64,000 bases of DNA from Tepidisphaera sp. (GTDB lineage Bacteria > Planctomycetota > Phycisphaerae > Phycisphaerales > UBA1924). Positions 50,040-58,129 of the stretch are shown in pieces (the first letter of the stretch is position 1; each line of letters opens with the position of its first letter). The translations under genes were made by a program, and so were the position numbers. Under the pieces are notes generated by a model. That model was not told where the DNA came from. It was given only the letters and a program-made list of their open reading frames with translations, and did no database searches. The stretch covers positions 1,280,001 to 1,344,000 of the forward strand of contig CP051526.1 in assembly GCA_050916045.1 (NCBI GenBank), in the 5' to 3' direction.

Positions 50040-50717
50040 TCAGGCGGCGAGCTTCATCGTCGCGGCGCTGCTCACCTGCAGGCCGCCCGCGCCGAGGCTG
50101 ACGATGAGGTGGTCGCTCTCGGGCCCGGCGGCGGGGCCCATGCTGGTGCTGCGGAAGCCCTGGATCGCGTACTCCCACGGCCCGCCGCCGCCGGGGAGCG
50201 TGACGTCGGTGAAGTTGCGCCGGTCGCTGCTCCCGGCGATGATGAACGGGTCCTGCGTCCCGGCGAGCCGGCGCTTGATGGTGAAGTACCCGCCGCCCGC
50301 GTTCGCGCTCTTCCACGTGAATTTCACCTGCCCGCCGGTCAAGAGCTCAACCTTGATGGTGTTGGGCTGGCCGGGTGCGGCTCTGGGAGTGGGGGGGGAC
50401 GGGGGGTCGATCTGCGCGAGGGTGTAGACGTTGGGGTTGTTGGTGACCTCGGCGTGCGTCTTGATGATGCGGACGAGGTCGGCGATGGAATCGCGGAGGG
50501 TGTCCTCGGCGTTGTAGAACTGGCCGGTGGCGGCCTTGGCGGCATCCCTCGCGATCTGCTGGGCGGTGTGCTTGGCGCGGGCGGCCTTGGCGAGGTTGTC
50601 CATCGCGGTGACGGCCGCGGGTGTGACGCCGATGGCCACGGCGTTGCTCGTGAAAATCGGCACGTGCTGCTCGCAGAATTCGACGAGTTCGAGGCGTGTG
50701 TTCGGAAGAACGCTCAT
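50040..50717 (-). CDS. Hypothetical cytoplasmic protein: helical N-domain plus FN3-like C-domain, ending KLAA
   Basis: GGGAGG RBS; no signal peptide; Ala-rich helices, Pro linker, PGQP..I.V....G.VKFTW...YFTIKR...FTDVT....WEYAIQ pattern typical of FN3. Confidence 0.75.
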   Translation of the reverse strand: MSVLPNTRLELVEFCEQHVPIFTSNAVAIGVTPAAVTAMDNLAKAARAKHTAQQIARDAAKAATGQFYNAEDTLRDSIADLVRIIKTHAEVTNNPNVYTLAQIDPPSPPTPRAAPGQPNTIKVELLTGGQVKFTWKSANAGGGYFTIKRRLAGTQDPFIIAGSSDRRNFTDVTLPGGGGPWEYAIQGFRSTSMGPAAGPESDHLIVSLGAGGLQVSSAATMKLAA

Positions 50718-50897
50718 GGGCAAACCTCCCCGGACCCCGCCACGCGGAGGCGCGGGGGTGGAGTCTGGATCCGGCGGGAATCCCCGGCGACGCACGCCGC
50801 CGAGGAGCCGGTTCCGCCCCCGCACCCCGCAACCCGCGTGCCAGCCCGGGCCGTGCGAACGCGGACCGTTGAACGTTGGAAGGGTGTGGGTCGGACT

Positions 50898-50965
50898 TCA
50901 AATTTCAAATGTCAAATGTCAAATGTCAAATGTCAAATGTCAAATTTCAAATTTCAAATTTCAAA
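50898..50965. repeat. Heptamer tandem repeat (TCAAATK), 9 full copies plus one partial
   Basis: TCAAATT x1, TCAAATG x5, TCAAATT x3, TCAAA; an AT-rich patch in high-GC DNA. Confidence 0.95.
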
Positions 50966-50993
50966 CCACCTACCCCCGCCCGTTATCCGGACA

Positions 50994-51182
50994 CAAAACA
51001 CAATGTTTTGGTCGCCAGCAATCGTTGTTGCGAAGCGAAACATCGTGTTTGGGCGGCCATCAGGCCTTGCGACGAGGCGAACAACGATGTTTTCGCGCTC
51101 CGCAAGCGTTGTTGAGCGCCCAACAAGAATGTTTTCGCGCGCAACAAGAGTTGTTGCGAAGCAAAACATCGTTGTTTGAGCC
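50994..51182. repeat. Array of nine contiguous degenerate 21-bp units with palindromic cores
   Basis: CAAAACA-CAA-TGTTTTG (50994), CGAAACA-TCG-TGTTTGG (51036), CGAACAA-CGA-TGTTTTC (51078), GCAACAA-GAG-TTGTTGC (51141); exact 21-bp period. Confidence 0.85.
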
Positions 51183-51234
51183 CGGATAACGCCCGTCGCG
51201 ACGCATCGCCTTCCAGCCCGCAGGGCTGCGATCT

Positions 51235-51404
51235 AGTAGCCGGGGGCAACGCCCCCGGTGAGGAAGCGCCCATGACCTTGACTCTGCAAGGGTCCGATTG
51301 TTTCTCACGGCGCGACCGGTTCGACCCCTGCGGGGTCGTGTGGCGGAGGTGGGTGTGGACCGGGGGCGTTGCCCCCGGCTACTGGCGATGACCCCTGCGG
51401 GGTC
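51235..51404. repeat. GTAG-family REP inverted pair (REPIN-like element)
   Basis: Perfect 25-bp inverted repeat AGTAGCCGGGGGCAACGCCCCCGGT (51235-51259 / 51359-51383) plus two copies of GACCCCTGCGGGGTC (51323, 51390). Confidence 0.8.
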
Positions 51405-51436
51405 TCGGAAGTGCGAGGTGCAATCGGTTGGGTGCC

Positions 51437-51886
51437 TTACTCGCGGGCCTGCGAAGGCCGTTCGTTCAGCACCCACGGAACCTCACAAGCCAGAAAGCTC
51501 AACCGTATTTGAGGTGACGAAACGTCTACAAATTGCACTGGATTCGCATAGTCATGAACGCAAATCCATGTCGGCCCAAGGTCATGGTCATCCCCGTTCT
51601 CAACCAACCGACCGATCGCGGCATAGTCGACCTCGTAGTACAGAGGCGGATCGCTGCTTCCGATGTTGAGTGTCATGCGGGGCTTTGTCCAATCGACACC
51701 TGCATCTGCCAGCGCTGCTCGAATTGAAACCGGCACGAATGCGTCAAACTGTTCCCTGAGGTTCCGACACTCAGCGCATGCGCAGCCTTGTGTGCCGCTG
51801 TCGCGAGCATACTGCTCGCGAGTGGCGTCGACGTCGATCTCGACCACGCGCCCTCCACGCATGCCGAATCGGAACTGCTGAACCAT
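51437..51886 (-). CDS. Hypothetical protein with CxCxxC motif (lower GC)
   Basis: EIDVDATREQY...CACAECRN...G.D..KP...EVPWVL. Confidence 0.65.
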   Translation of the reverse strand: MVQQFRFGMRGGRVVEIDVDATREQYARDSGTQGCACAECRNLREQFDAFVPVSIRAALADAGVDWTKPRMTLNIGSSDPPLYYEVDYAAIGRLVENGDDHDLGPTWICVHDYANPVQFVDVSSPQIRLSFLACEVPWVLNERPSQARE

Positions 51887-51933
51887 GGCCGCGACTCCTC
51901 AATGGCTTTCGGCATCTCCGCCGTCAAGTGCTT

Positions 51934-54900
51934 TCACAACTCCGGCGCAAAGCCTCTTCGCAGCGTGTTCTCGCAGGTGAGTCTTGGGTCGACGAAGTGG
52001 AGGAGGTAGTCTTTGCCGCCGGCTTTGCTGCCGCCGCCGGACATGGCGAAGCCGCCGAAGGGCTGGCGGGCGACCAGGGCCCCCGTGATGCCGCGGTTGA
52101 GGTAGAGGTTGCCGACGCGGTACTCGCGCTTGGCTTTCTCCAGGTTCGCGGGCTTGCGGGTGAAGACGCCGCCGGTGAGCTTGTACGGCAGGCTGTTGGC
52201 GATGCGGAGGGCATCATCAAAGTCCTTGGCGTGCATGATCGCGAGGACCGGGCCGAAGATCTCTTCGCGGGCGAGCTCGTGGTCCTCGGGCACCGTCCAG
52301 AAGATGTGCGGTGAGACGTATTGGAGCGTGGACGCGACCGCCGACTGCACGCCTGACGACTCCGGCAGCGGCAGCGAGAGCGACTGCAAGCCGGACGTGG
52401 GGGACTTGGCACGCTCGATGAAGCCGTTGATCTTGCTCGCGGCTTCCGCATCGATCACCGGGCCGACATCGGTGCCGGGACGGGTCGGATCGCCGATGAC
52501 GAGGGCCTTGGTCGCCTCGACCAGCCGCTCGCGGAAGCCCGTGATCGCGGGCCCGTTCGGGCCCTCGGGGTCGACGACGATGAGCCGCGAGCACGCCGAG
52601 CACTTCTGGCCCTGGAACCCGAAAGCCGACTGGCGAGCGGCGATCACCGCTTCATCCCAGTCCGCCGAGGTGTCGATGATGAGGGCGTTCTTGCCGCCCA
52701 TCTCGCAGATGACGTGCTTGAGGTGCGCGGGCGGATTGGCCCGCAGCGCGGGGTTCGAGAACGGTGAGCCCGGCGAAGCCGCCGTGTAGATGTCCAGGCC
52801 CACATCGCGGCTGCCGGTAAAGGCGATGAGCGCCACCCGCGGGTCGCGGACGAGCGCCGCGCCCACCGTCTCGCCCGGGGCCGGGCAGAAGTGGACGATG
52901 TCCGAAAGATCGCACGAAGACGACCCGGTTCGGAGAACCGGGCCACCAAAGACCCCCCGCATCGCTTCGAGCAGGATGTCGTGCATCACCTTCGCGATGC
53001 CGGGGGTCTGCTCGGCGGGCTTGACGATCACGGTGTTGCCGGTGACGAGAGCCGCGACGGTCATGCCGCAGCAGATCGCGAGCGGGAAGTTCCACGGGCT
53101 GATGACGACCGCAACGCCCTTGGGCTGGTGAAACTGCTCATCGAGCTCGCCGATGAACTTGCCGAGCCGCTCGCGGACGAAGAGCGGGACGGCGGCGCGG
53201 GCGTAATAGTCGCAGAAGTCGATGGCTTCGCAGGTGTCGGCGTCGGCTTCGCGCCAGGTCTTGCCCGCTTCCTTGATCATGATGCCCGAAAGCTCATCGC
53301 GGCGGGCCCGCATGAGGTCCGCCGCACGCGTGAGCACTTCGGCACGCTTGAGCGGGTCGGTGTCGCGCCACGCGGGGAAGGCCGCGGAAGCACGTTTGAC
53401 CATCTCCGAAGCCTGCTCGACGGTGCGGTCGTTGGCGATCGTGGGCACGCGAGCGGCCGTGACGGCTTTGGCGAACGCGTCGCGCGTGTGGGCTTCGGCG
53501 AAGTCGCGCATCGGTTCGGTGACGAACGCGCGGCCATCGCCGACGCCGGGGACTGCGGGGCTGAGCCCGTGCCGCTCGGGCGCGACGGCCAGGAGGTCGA
53601 TCGGCTCGGCCCCGGGCTTGGTGCCCGGGCGGGCGAGGAGCGCGGCGGGGTCGGCGTTGTCGAGGAACCCGGCTTTGAGCCATGATTCGTTGGAGGTGTT
53701 CTCAAGCAAGCGGCGGACGAGGTACGCCATACCCGGGATCATGTCGCCGACGGGCACGTACTCGCGGATGCGGAGGTCCATCTCGGCCGCGGCGTACTTG
53801 AGCTGGTCCGCCATGCCGTGGAGCATCTGAAGCTCGAGGGCGTTCCGCGGCAAGCCGCGCTTCTCGAGGCCCGCGAGGGCAGCGCCGATCGACCGGGCGT
53901 TGTGCGAGCCCAGCGCGAGCTTGACCCCGCCCCCGCCCGCCTGCTTCGGACACGCATCGAGGAAGACATCCGTCATCGCTTCAAAGCACGCGTCCGTCTG
54001 CCACTTGACCGGCCAGACCGGGCACGGCCAGCCGTGCATCTCGCTCTTGATCGTCTCGGCGTCCCAGTACGCGCCCTTGACGAGGCGGACGGTGACAAGC
54101 CGCTTGGCCCGCACGGCCCACTCGCACATCGCTTTGGCGTCCTCCACGCCGCTCTTGAGGTACGCCTGCATCGCCAGGCCCGCTTCGAACGGCACCTTCT
54201 CGCAGCAGCGGCGGAAAAGCTCAAGGGTCAGGTCCTTGAACTGATGGTGCTCCATGTCGAAGTTGACGAAGACACCCTTCGCGTGCGCCACTTCGAGGAT
54301 CGGCACCAGCCGCTTCATGAGTTCGCGGATCGATCCCTCGGTGTCGATGGGGTCGACGCGGGCCGAGAGGGCCGAGATCTTGATCGAGACGTTGACGCGC
54401 GGGATCGCGCCCAGGTGGTCGGATTCAAGGCGAGCCTGCGGTTTCCACTGGGCCACCGCCGCCGGCAGGTTCTCGATGAGGTCGAGGTACTTCTTGCAGA
54501 ACTGGTCGGCTTCCATGTCCGAGACGCACGTCTCGCCCAGGAGGTCCACCGAGAAGGCGATCCCGTCGTCCCACATCTTCCTGAGGCCCGGCAGGGCGGT
54601 CTTGGCGTCGGTCCCCGCGATGAACCGCGAAGCCATGCCCGTGATCTGCTTCTCGATCTGCCCCGCGGCCAGGCCCTTCATCATGCTGCCGGCTTTGAGA
54701 GCCGTCGCGATCACGCCCGGCACCGTCACGCCCGGCTGGCTGAGGTAGTCGTTGAGATGGTCGAAGATCTGCTCGGGCGTCTTGAGCTGCGGGAAGCAGT
54801 CGACGAACCGGAACATCTGCACCTTGAAGTTGGGGTCCTTCATCGACCAGTCCATCAGGGCGTCCGAATAAAACTGCGCCGAGAGGATGCCGGCTTTGTG

Positions 54901-55086
54901 AGCCCGGGCTTTGGTCAAAAGCTCGCCGCCGAGGGCGAGGATCCGGGCTTCGCGTTCCGGATCGGCCGGCGCGAGCGTGGGCGTCGCGAGCGGGCGGGGC
55001 GCAGGTCGAGCGGTGGCGGCGGGGGAGGTCGGCGCAGGGGTGTTGTCAGAGCCTTTGCCGAAAATCTTGCTGAGGAAGGAAGTCAT
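51934..55086 (-). CDS. putA: Bifunctional proline dehydrogenase / P5C dehydrogenase
   Basis: FSVDLLGE, SIKISAL, NFDME, RLVKGAYWD, AYLVRRLLEN; ALDH domain ISPWNFP, FTGS, EMGGKN, GQKCSA, EEIFGP. Confidence 0.95.
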   Translation of the reverse strand: MTSFLSKIFGKGSDNTPAPTSPAATARPAPRPLATPTLAPADPEREARILALGGELLTKARAHKAGILSAQFYSDALMDWSMKDPNFKVQMFRFVDCFPQLKTPEQIFDHLNDYLSQPGVTVPGVIATALKAGSMMKGLAAGQIEKQITGMASRFIAGTDAKTALPGLRKMWDDGIAFSVDLLGETCVSDMEADQFCKKYLDLIENLPAAVAQWKPQARLESDHLGAIPRVNVSIKISALSARVDPIDTEGSIRELMKRLVPILEVAHAKGVFVNFDMEHHQFKDLTLELFRRCCEKVPFEAGLAMQAYLKSGVEDAKAMCEWAVRAKRLVTVRLVKGAYWDAETIKSEMHGWPCPVWPVKWQTDACFEAMTDVFLDACPKQAGGGGVKLALGSHNARSIGAALAGLEKRGLPRNALELQMLHGMADQLKYAAAEMDLRIREYVPVGDMIPGMAYLVRRLLENTSNESWLKAGFLDNADPAALLARPGTKPGAEPIDLLAVAPERHGLSPAVPGVGDGRAFVTEPMRDFAEAHTRDAFAKAVTAARVPTIANDRTVEQASEMVKRASAAFPAWRDTDPLKRAEVLTRAADLMRARRDELSGIMIKEAGKTWREADADTCEAIDFCDYYARAAVPLFVRERLGKFIGELDEQFHQPKGVAVVISPWNFPLAICCGMTVAALVTGNTVIVKPAEQTPGIAKVMHDILLEAMRGVFGGPVLRTGSSSCDLSDIVHFCPAPGETVGAALVRDPRVALIAFTGSRDVGLDIYTAASPGSPFSNPALRANPPAHLKHVICEMGGKNALIIDTSADWDEAVIAARQSAFGFQGQKCSACSRLIVVDPEGPNGPAITGFRERLVEATKALVIGDPTRPGTDVGPVIDAEAASKINGFIERAKSPTSGLQSLSLPLPESSGVQSAVASTLQYVSPHIFWTVPEDHELAREEIFGPVLAIMHAKDFDDALRIANSLPYKLTGGVFTRKPANLEKAKREYRVGNLYLNRGITGALVARQPFGGFAMSGGGSKAGGKDYLLHFVDPRLTCENTLRRGFAPEL

Positions 55087-55174
55087 GGGTCCGACTATAG
55101 GAAACGGTTTCGAGGCGTCGGAAACGCCGGGAACGGAATCTCCCCGCAGCTCCCCTGTAGCACTATCCTCGCCC

Positions 55175-56134
55175 ATGTCCGCTTCGTCCCCCCCGGGGAC
55201 CGTCATCACGATCGGGAACTTCGACGGTGTCCACCTCGGCCACGTGGCTCTGCTCGCCCGTGCACGCGAACTCGCCCGGGAGCTTGCCGGCCCCGGCGGC
55301 CGCGTCGTCGCGATGACCTTTGACCCGCACCCGACCGCCGTTCTTCGCCCCGGCACCGAGCCGCTCCGCGTCGAGCCCGTCAGCATCCGCCGCGACCGGC
55401 TCGCGACCTACGCCGATGAGGTCGTCACCCTCGACCCACGCAACGGCATGCTCAAGCTTTCGCCGCGAGCCTTTATCTCCGCCGTGGTCGAACGCTACCG
55501 GCCGTCGGCGATGGTCGAAGGGCCCGACTTCCACTTTGGCGCCAAGCGAGCCGGCACGCCCGCCGTCCTCGAAAGCCTCGGCCGCGAATTCGGCTTCCGC
55601 ACCGTGATCGAACACCCTGTCGAACTCGGCATCCCCGACGGCACGCTCGTCCGCGCCTCAAGCACCCTCATTCGCTGGTTCATCCACCAAGGGCGCGTCG
55701 CGGACGCGGCAAGCCTGCTCGGCCGGCCGGTTGAACTCCGCGGAACCGTCGTGCAGGGCGACCGTCGCGGCCGCACGGTCGGCTTCCCCACGGCAAACCT
55801 CTCCCTCGGCACCGACTGGGCGAGCGTCGTGCTACCCAAGGACGGCGTTTACGCCGGCACCGCGACGCTTCCGGACGCTCGCCGCGTCCCCGCGATGGTG
55901 AACATCGGCACGCGTCCGACGGTCGCGGGCCAGGAGCATCGGATCGAAGCTCATCTTCTGATGGGTTCAAGCGGCTCGTGGTCGCCGATCGCCGGACTGC
56001 CGGAATATGGCTGGCCGATGCGGCTTGAGCTTCGCGCGTGGCTCCGCGATCAGGTGAAGTTCCACGCGTTCGGCGCGCTGGTCGAACAGCTCCACCGCGA
56101 CCGCGAACGGGCGGCCGTGCTGGCTTTGACCTAG
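55175..56134 (+). CDS. ribF: Bifunctional FAD synthetase / riboflavin kinase
   Basis: IGNFDGVHLGH, TFDPHP, G.DFHFG, ASSTLIR, GRTVGFPTAN, NIGTRPT, EAHL. Confidence 0.95.
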   Translation: MSASSPPGTVITIGNFDGVHLGHVALLARARELARELAGPGGRVVAMTFDPHPTAVLRPGTEPLRVEPVSIRRDRLATYADEVVTLDPRNGMLKLSPRAFISAVVERYRPSAMVEGPDFHFGAKRAGTPAVLESLGREFGFRTVIEHPVELGIPDGTLVRASSTLIRWFIHQGRVADAASLLGRPVELRGTVVQGDRRGRTVGFPTANLSLGTDWASVVLPKDGVYAGTATLPDARRVPAMVNIGTRPTVAGQEHRIEAHLLMGSSGSWSPIAGLPEYGWPMRLELRAWLRDQVKFHAFGALVEQLHRDRERAAVLALT

Positions 56135-56142
56135 ATTTGTTC

Positions 56143-57222
56143 ATGACGACCGCTCCCGGCGCTGCTCCTTCCTCCGACCAGTGGGTCTCCAACGCTTCTC
56201 CTTCGGAGATCGCCAAGACCCTCCGCGGCGCGTCGAACATCCTCATCTTCACGCACATGAAGCCAGACGGCGACGCCGCCGGCTCGACCCTCGCCCTCGT
56301 CCGCACGCTCAACCTCATGCCCGGCAAACGCGCCCAAGCCTGCTACGCCGGGCCGCAAGCCGCGTGGATGCCCCTGGTCTGCGGACGCACGCCCGTCCGC
56401 ACCTGGGAGAAGGACGGCCCGCCCTCGGATGAGCCCGACGCCATCATCGTCATCGACACCGGCTCATGGTCCCAGCTCGAAGCTTTCCGCTCCTACCTCG
56501 AACCCCGCGCCGCACGCACCATCGTGATCGACCATCACCGCCGCGGCGACGCCGCCGTCGGGGCCAAGCGCTGGATCGATGTCGGAGCCGCCGCCGTCTG
56601 CCAGCAAGCCGCCGGCCTCTGCTGCATGCTCCTGAGCGTCCTCCCCGACCAGCTCCCGCAGGATATCGCCGCGGCCTGCTACCTCGGCCTCGCGACCGAC
56701 ACCGGCTGGTTCAAGCACAGCAACGTCACGCCCGACGTGATGCGACTCGCCGCGGATCTCCTTGAGTCCGGCGTCGACGCCAACGCGATGTACCAGATGA
56801 TCGACCAGCAGGACACGCTCGGCCGCCTGCGGCTCATGTCGCGTGCTCTCGCTTCCCTCGAACTCCACGAGGAAGGCCGCGTCGCCGTCATGGCTCTCGC
56901 CGGCTCGGATTTCCAAGCGGCCGGCGCCCATAGCACCGACAGCGGCGGCCTCATCGATCTCCCCCTCACCATCGCCACCGTCAAGGTCGCCGCGATCCTC
57001 ACCGAAGCCGATCCCTCCGAGTACGGCAAGGGCTCAGGCGTCAAGCTCACCAAAGTCAGCATGCGGAGCAAGACCGACGCCATCGACGTCGACCAGGTCT
57101 GCCGAACCCTCGGCGGCGGAGGCCACAAACGCGCCGCCGGAGCCAAAATCAGCATCGATCTCGCGTCCGCGAAAGCCCAGGTCATCCAGGCCCTGAGCAA
57201 AGCCGTCTCGGCTCTCGCCTAA
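56143..57222 (+). CDS. DHH/DHHA1 family phosphoesterase (NrnA-like)
   Basis: HMKPDGDAAGS, VIDHH, GLATDTGWF, VSMRS, GGGGHKRAAG. Confidence 0.92.
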   Translation: MTTAPGAAPSSDQWVSNASPSEIAKTLRGASNILIFTHMKPDGDAAGSTLALVRTLNLMPGKRAQACYAGPQAAWMPLVCGRTPVRTWEKDGPPSDEPDAIIVIDTGSWSQLEAFRSYLEPRAARTIVIDHHRRGDAAVGAKRWIDVGAAAVCQQAAGLCCMLLSVLPDQLPQDIAAACYLGLATDTGWFKHSNVTPDVMRLAADLLESGVDANAMYQMIDQQDTLGRLRLMSRALASLELHEEGRVAVMALAGSDFQAAGAHSTDSGGLIDLPLTIATVKVAAILTEADPSEYGKGSGVKLTKVSMRSKTDAIDVDQVCRTLGGGGHKRAAGAKISIDLASAKAQVIQALSKAVSALA

Positions 57223-58073
57223 CGCGCCGCCACCACGTACGCCGTCCAGCTCGGCAACTCCGCCACGACCGCCGCATCCACCGCGCCCAGAAACACGCCC
57301 GCCGCTCCCTTGGACGCGTCGTACGTGTGTCGCCACACCTCCACCCGCGCAAAGCCCGCCTCCCGGCACGCCTGCGTCAGCTCCCCGAGCGTCCACAGCT
57401 TCCACTCGTACCGGAACGCGTCGCGCACGAACGTCGGCGGCATCCCCGGCCCCTTCGCCGCAAGCTCAAAGTGAATCCGGCAGTCCATCCGCCCCGTCGC
57501 CGCTTCAAACGAACGAACCTCCCAGTGATACCCGAACGGCGGCGGCGGTGGGGGGCTTGCTTCACCAGTAAGCCGCGGCGCGGGCGTGATCCAGTGGCTC
57601 GTCGTCCCAGGCTTCACCGCTTCCGCCCCGCCGAACACATTCATGACCAGGATCCCGCGTTCCGCCAGGCACTCCCTGGCGTGCTTGAGATACGCCCCGA
57701 GCACCGCCCGCTCCCGCAGGTAAAGCACGCTGAAATTCAGCACCGAGATGATGTCCGCTTCCGCCACCTCCGGCGGCTTGACCATCATCGCATCGCCCGT
57801 CACCATTCGCACCCGCGAAGCATGAGGCCCGAGGATCCGCGAGGCCCGCTTTGCCGCCCACGCCACCGTCGGCCCGTCCAGATCCACGCACACCGCTCGC
57901 CGATTCGGATTCAAAGCCACCCACGCCACCGACTCCGCCGAAGTCCCCGAGAAGTCCTCCCGAAGCGTCACCGCCGACAGCCCCGGCCGAGCACGCTCGT
58001 ACATGATCCGAAGCACCTCCGCGTGCGTCTCCGGATCCTGCACCGCCCACCGATAAAGCTCCAGCGCATCCAT
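57219..58073 (-). CDS. Class I SAM-dependent methyltransferase-like protein
   Basis: LY..AVQ, LREDFSGT, VDLD, LNFS, F.YEWKLW.L.EL....EAGF; start inferred at MDALELY. Confidence 0.75.
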   Translation of the reverse strand: MDALELYRWAVQDPETHAEVLRIMYERARPGLSAVTLREDFSGTSAESVAWVALNPNRRAVCVDLDGPTVAWAAKRASRILGPHASRVRMVTGDAMMVKPPEVAEADIISVLNFSVLYLRERAVLGAYLKHARECLAERGILVMNVFGGAEAVKPGTTSHWITPAPRLTGEASPPPPPPFGYHWEVRSFEAATGRMDCRIHFELAAKGPGMPPTFVRDAFRYEWKLWTLGELTQACREAGFARVEVWRHTYDASKGAAGVFLGAVDAAVVAELPSWTAYVVAAR

Positions 58074-58129
58074 CAGCCGCTCCCGAGGTTCACCGATCCG
58101 CCGATGGTAGCGATACCCTTCCGCCATCG

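Noticed and set aside
50109..51179. 356-aa + strand ORF spanning the repeats
   Set aside because: Its first part is the antisense shadow of the 50040-50717 gene and the rest is translated repeat DNA; no convincing RBS
50994..51182. CRISPR array
   Set aside because: Units are contiguous and degenerate, with no unique spacers and no cas genes in the window
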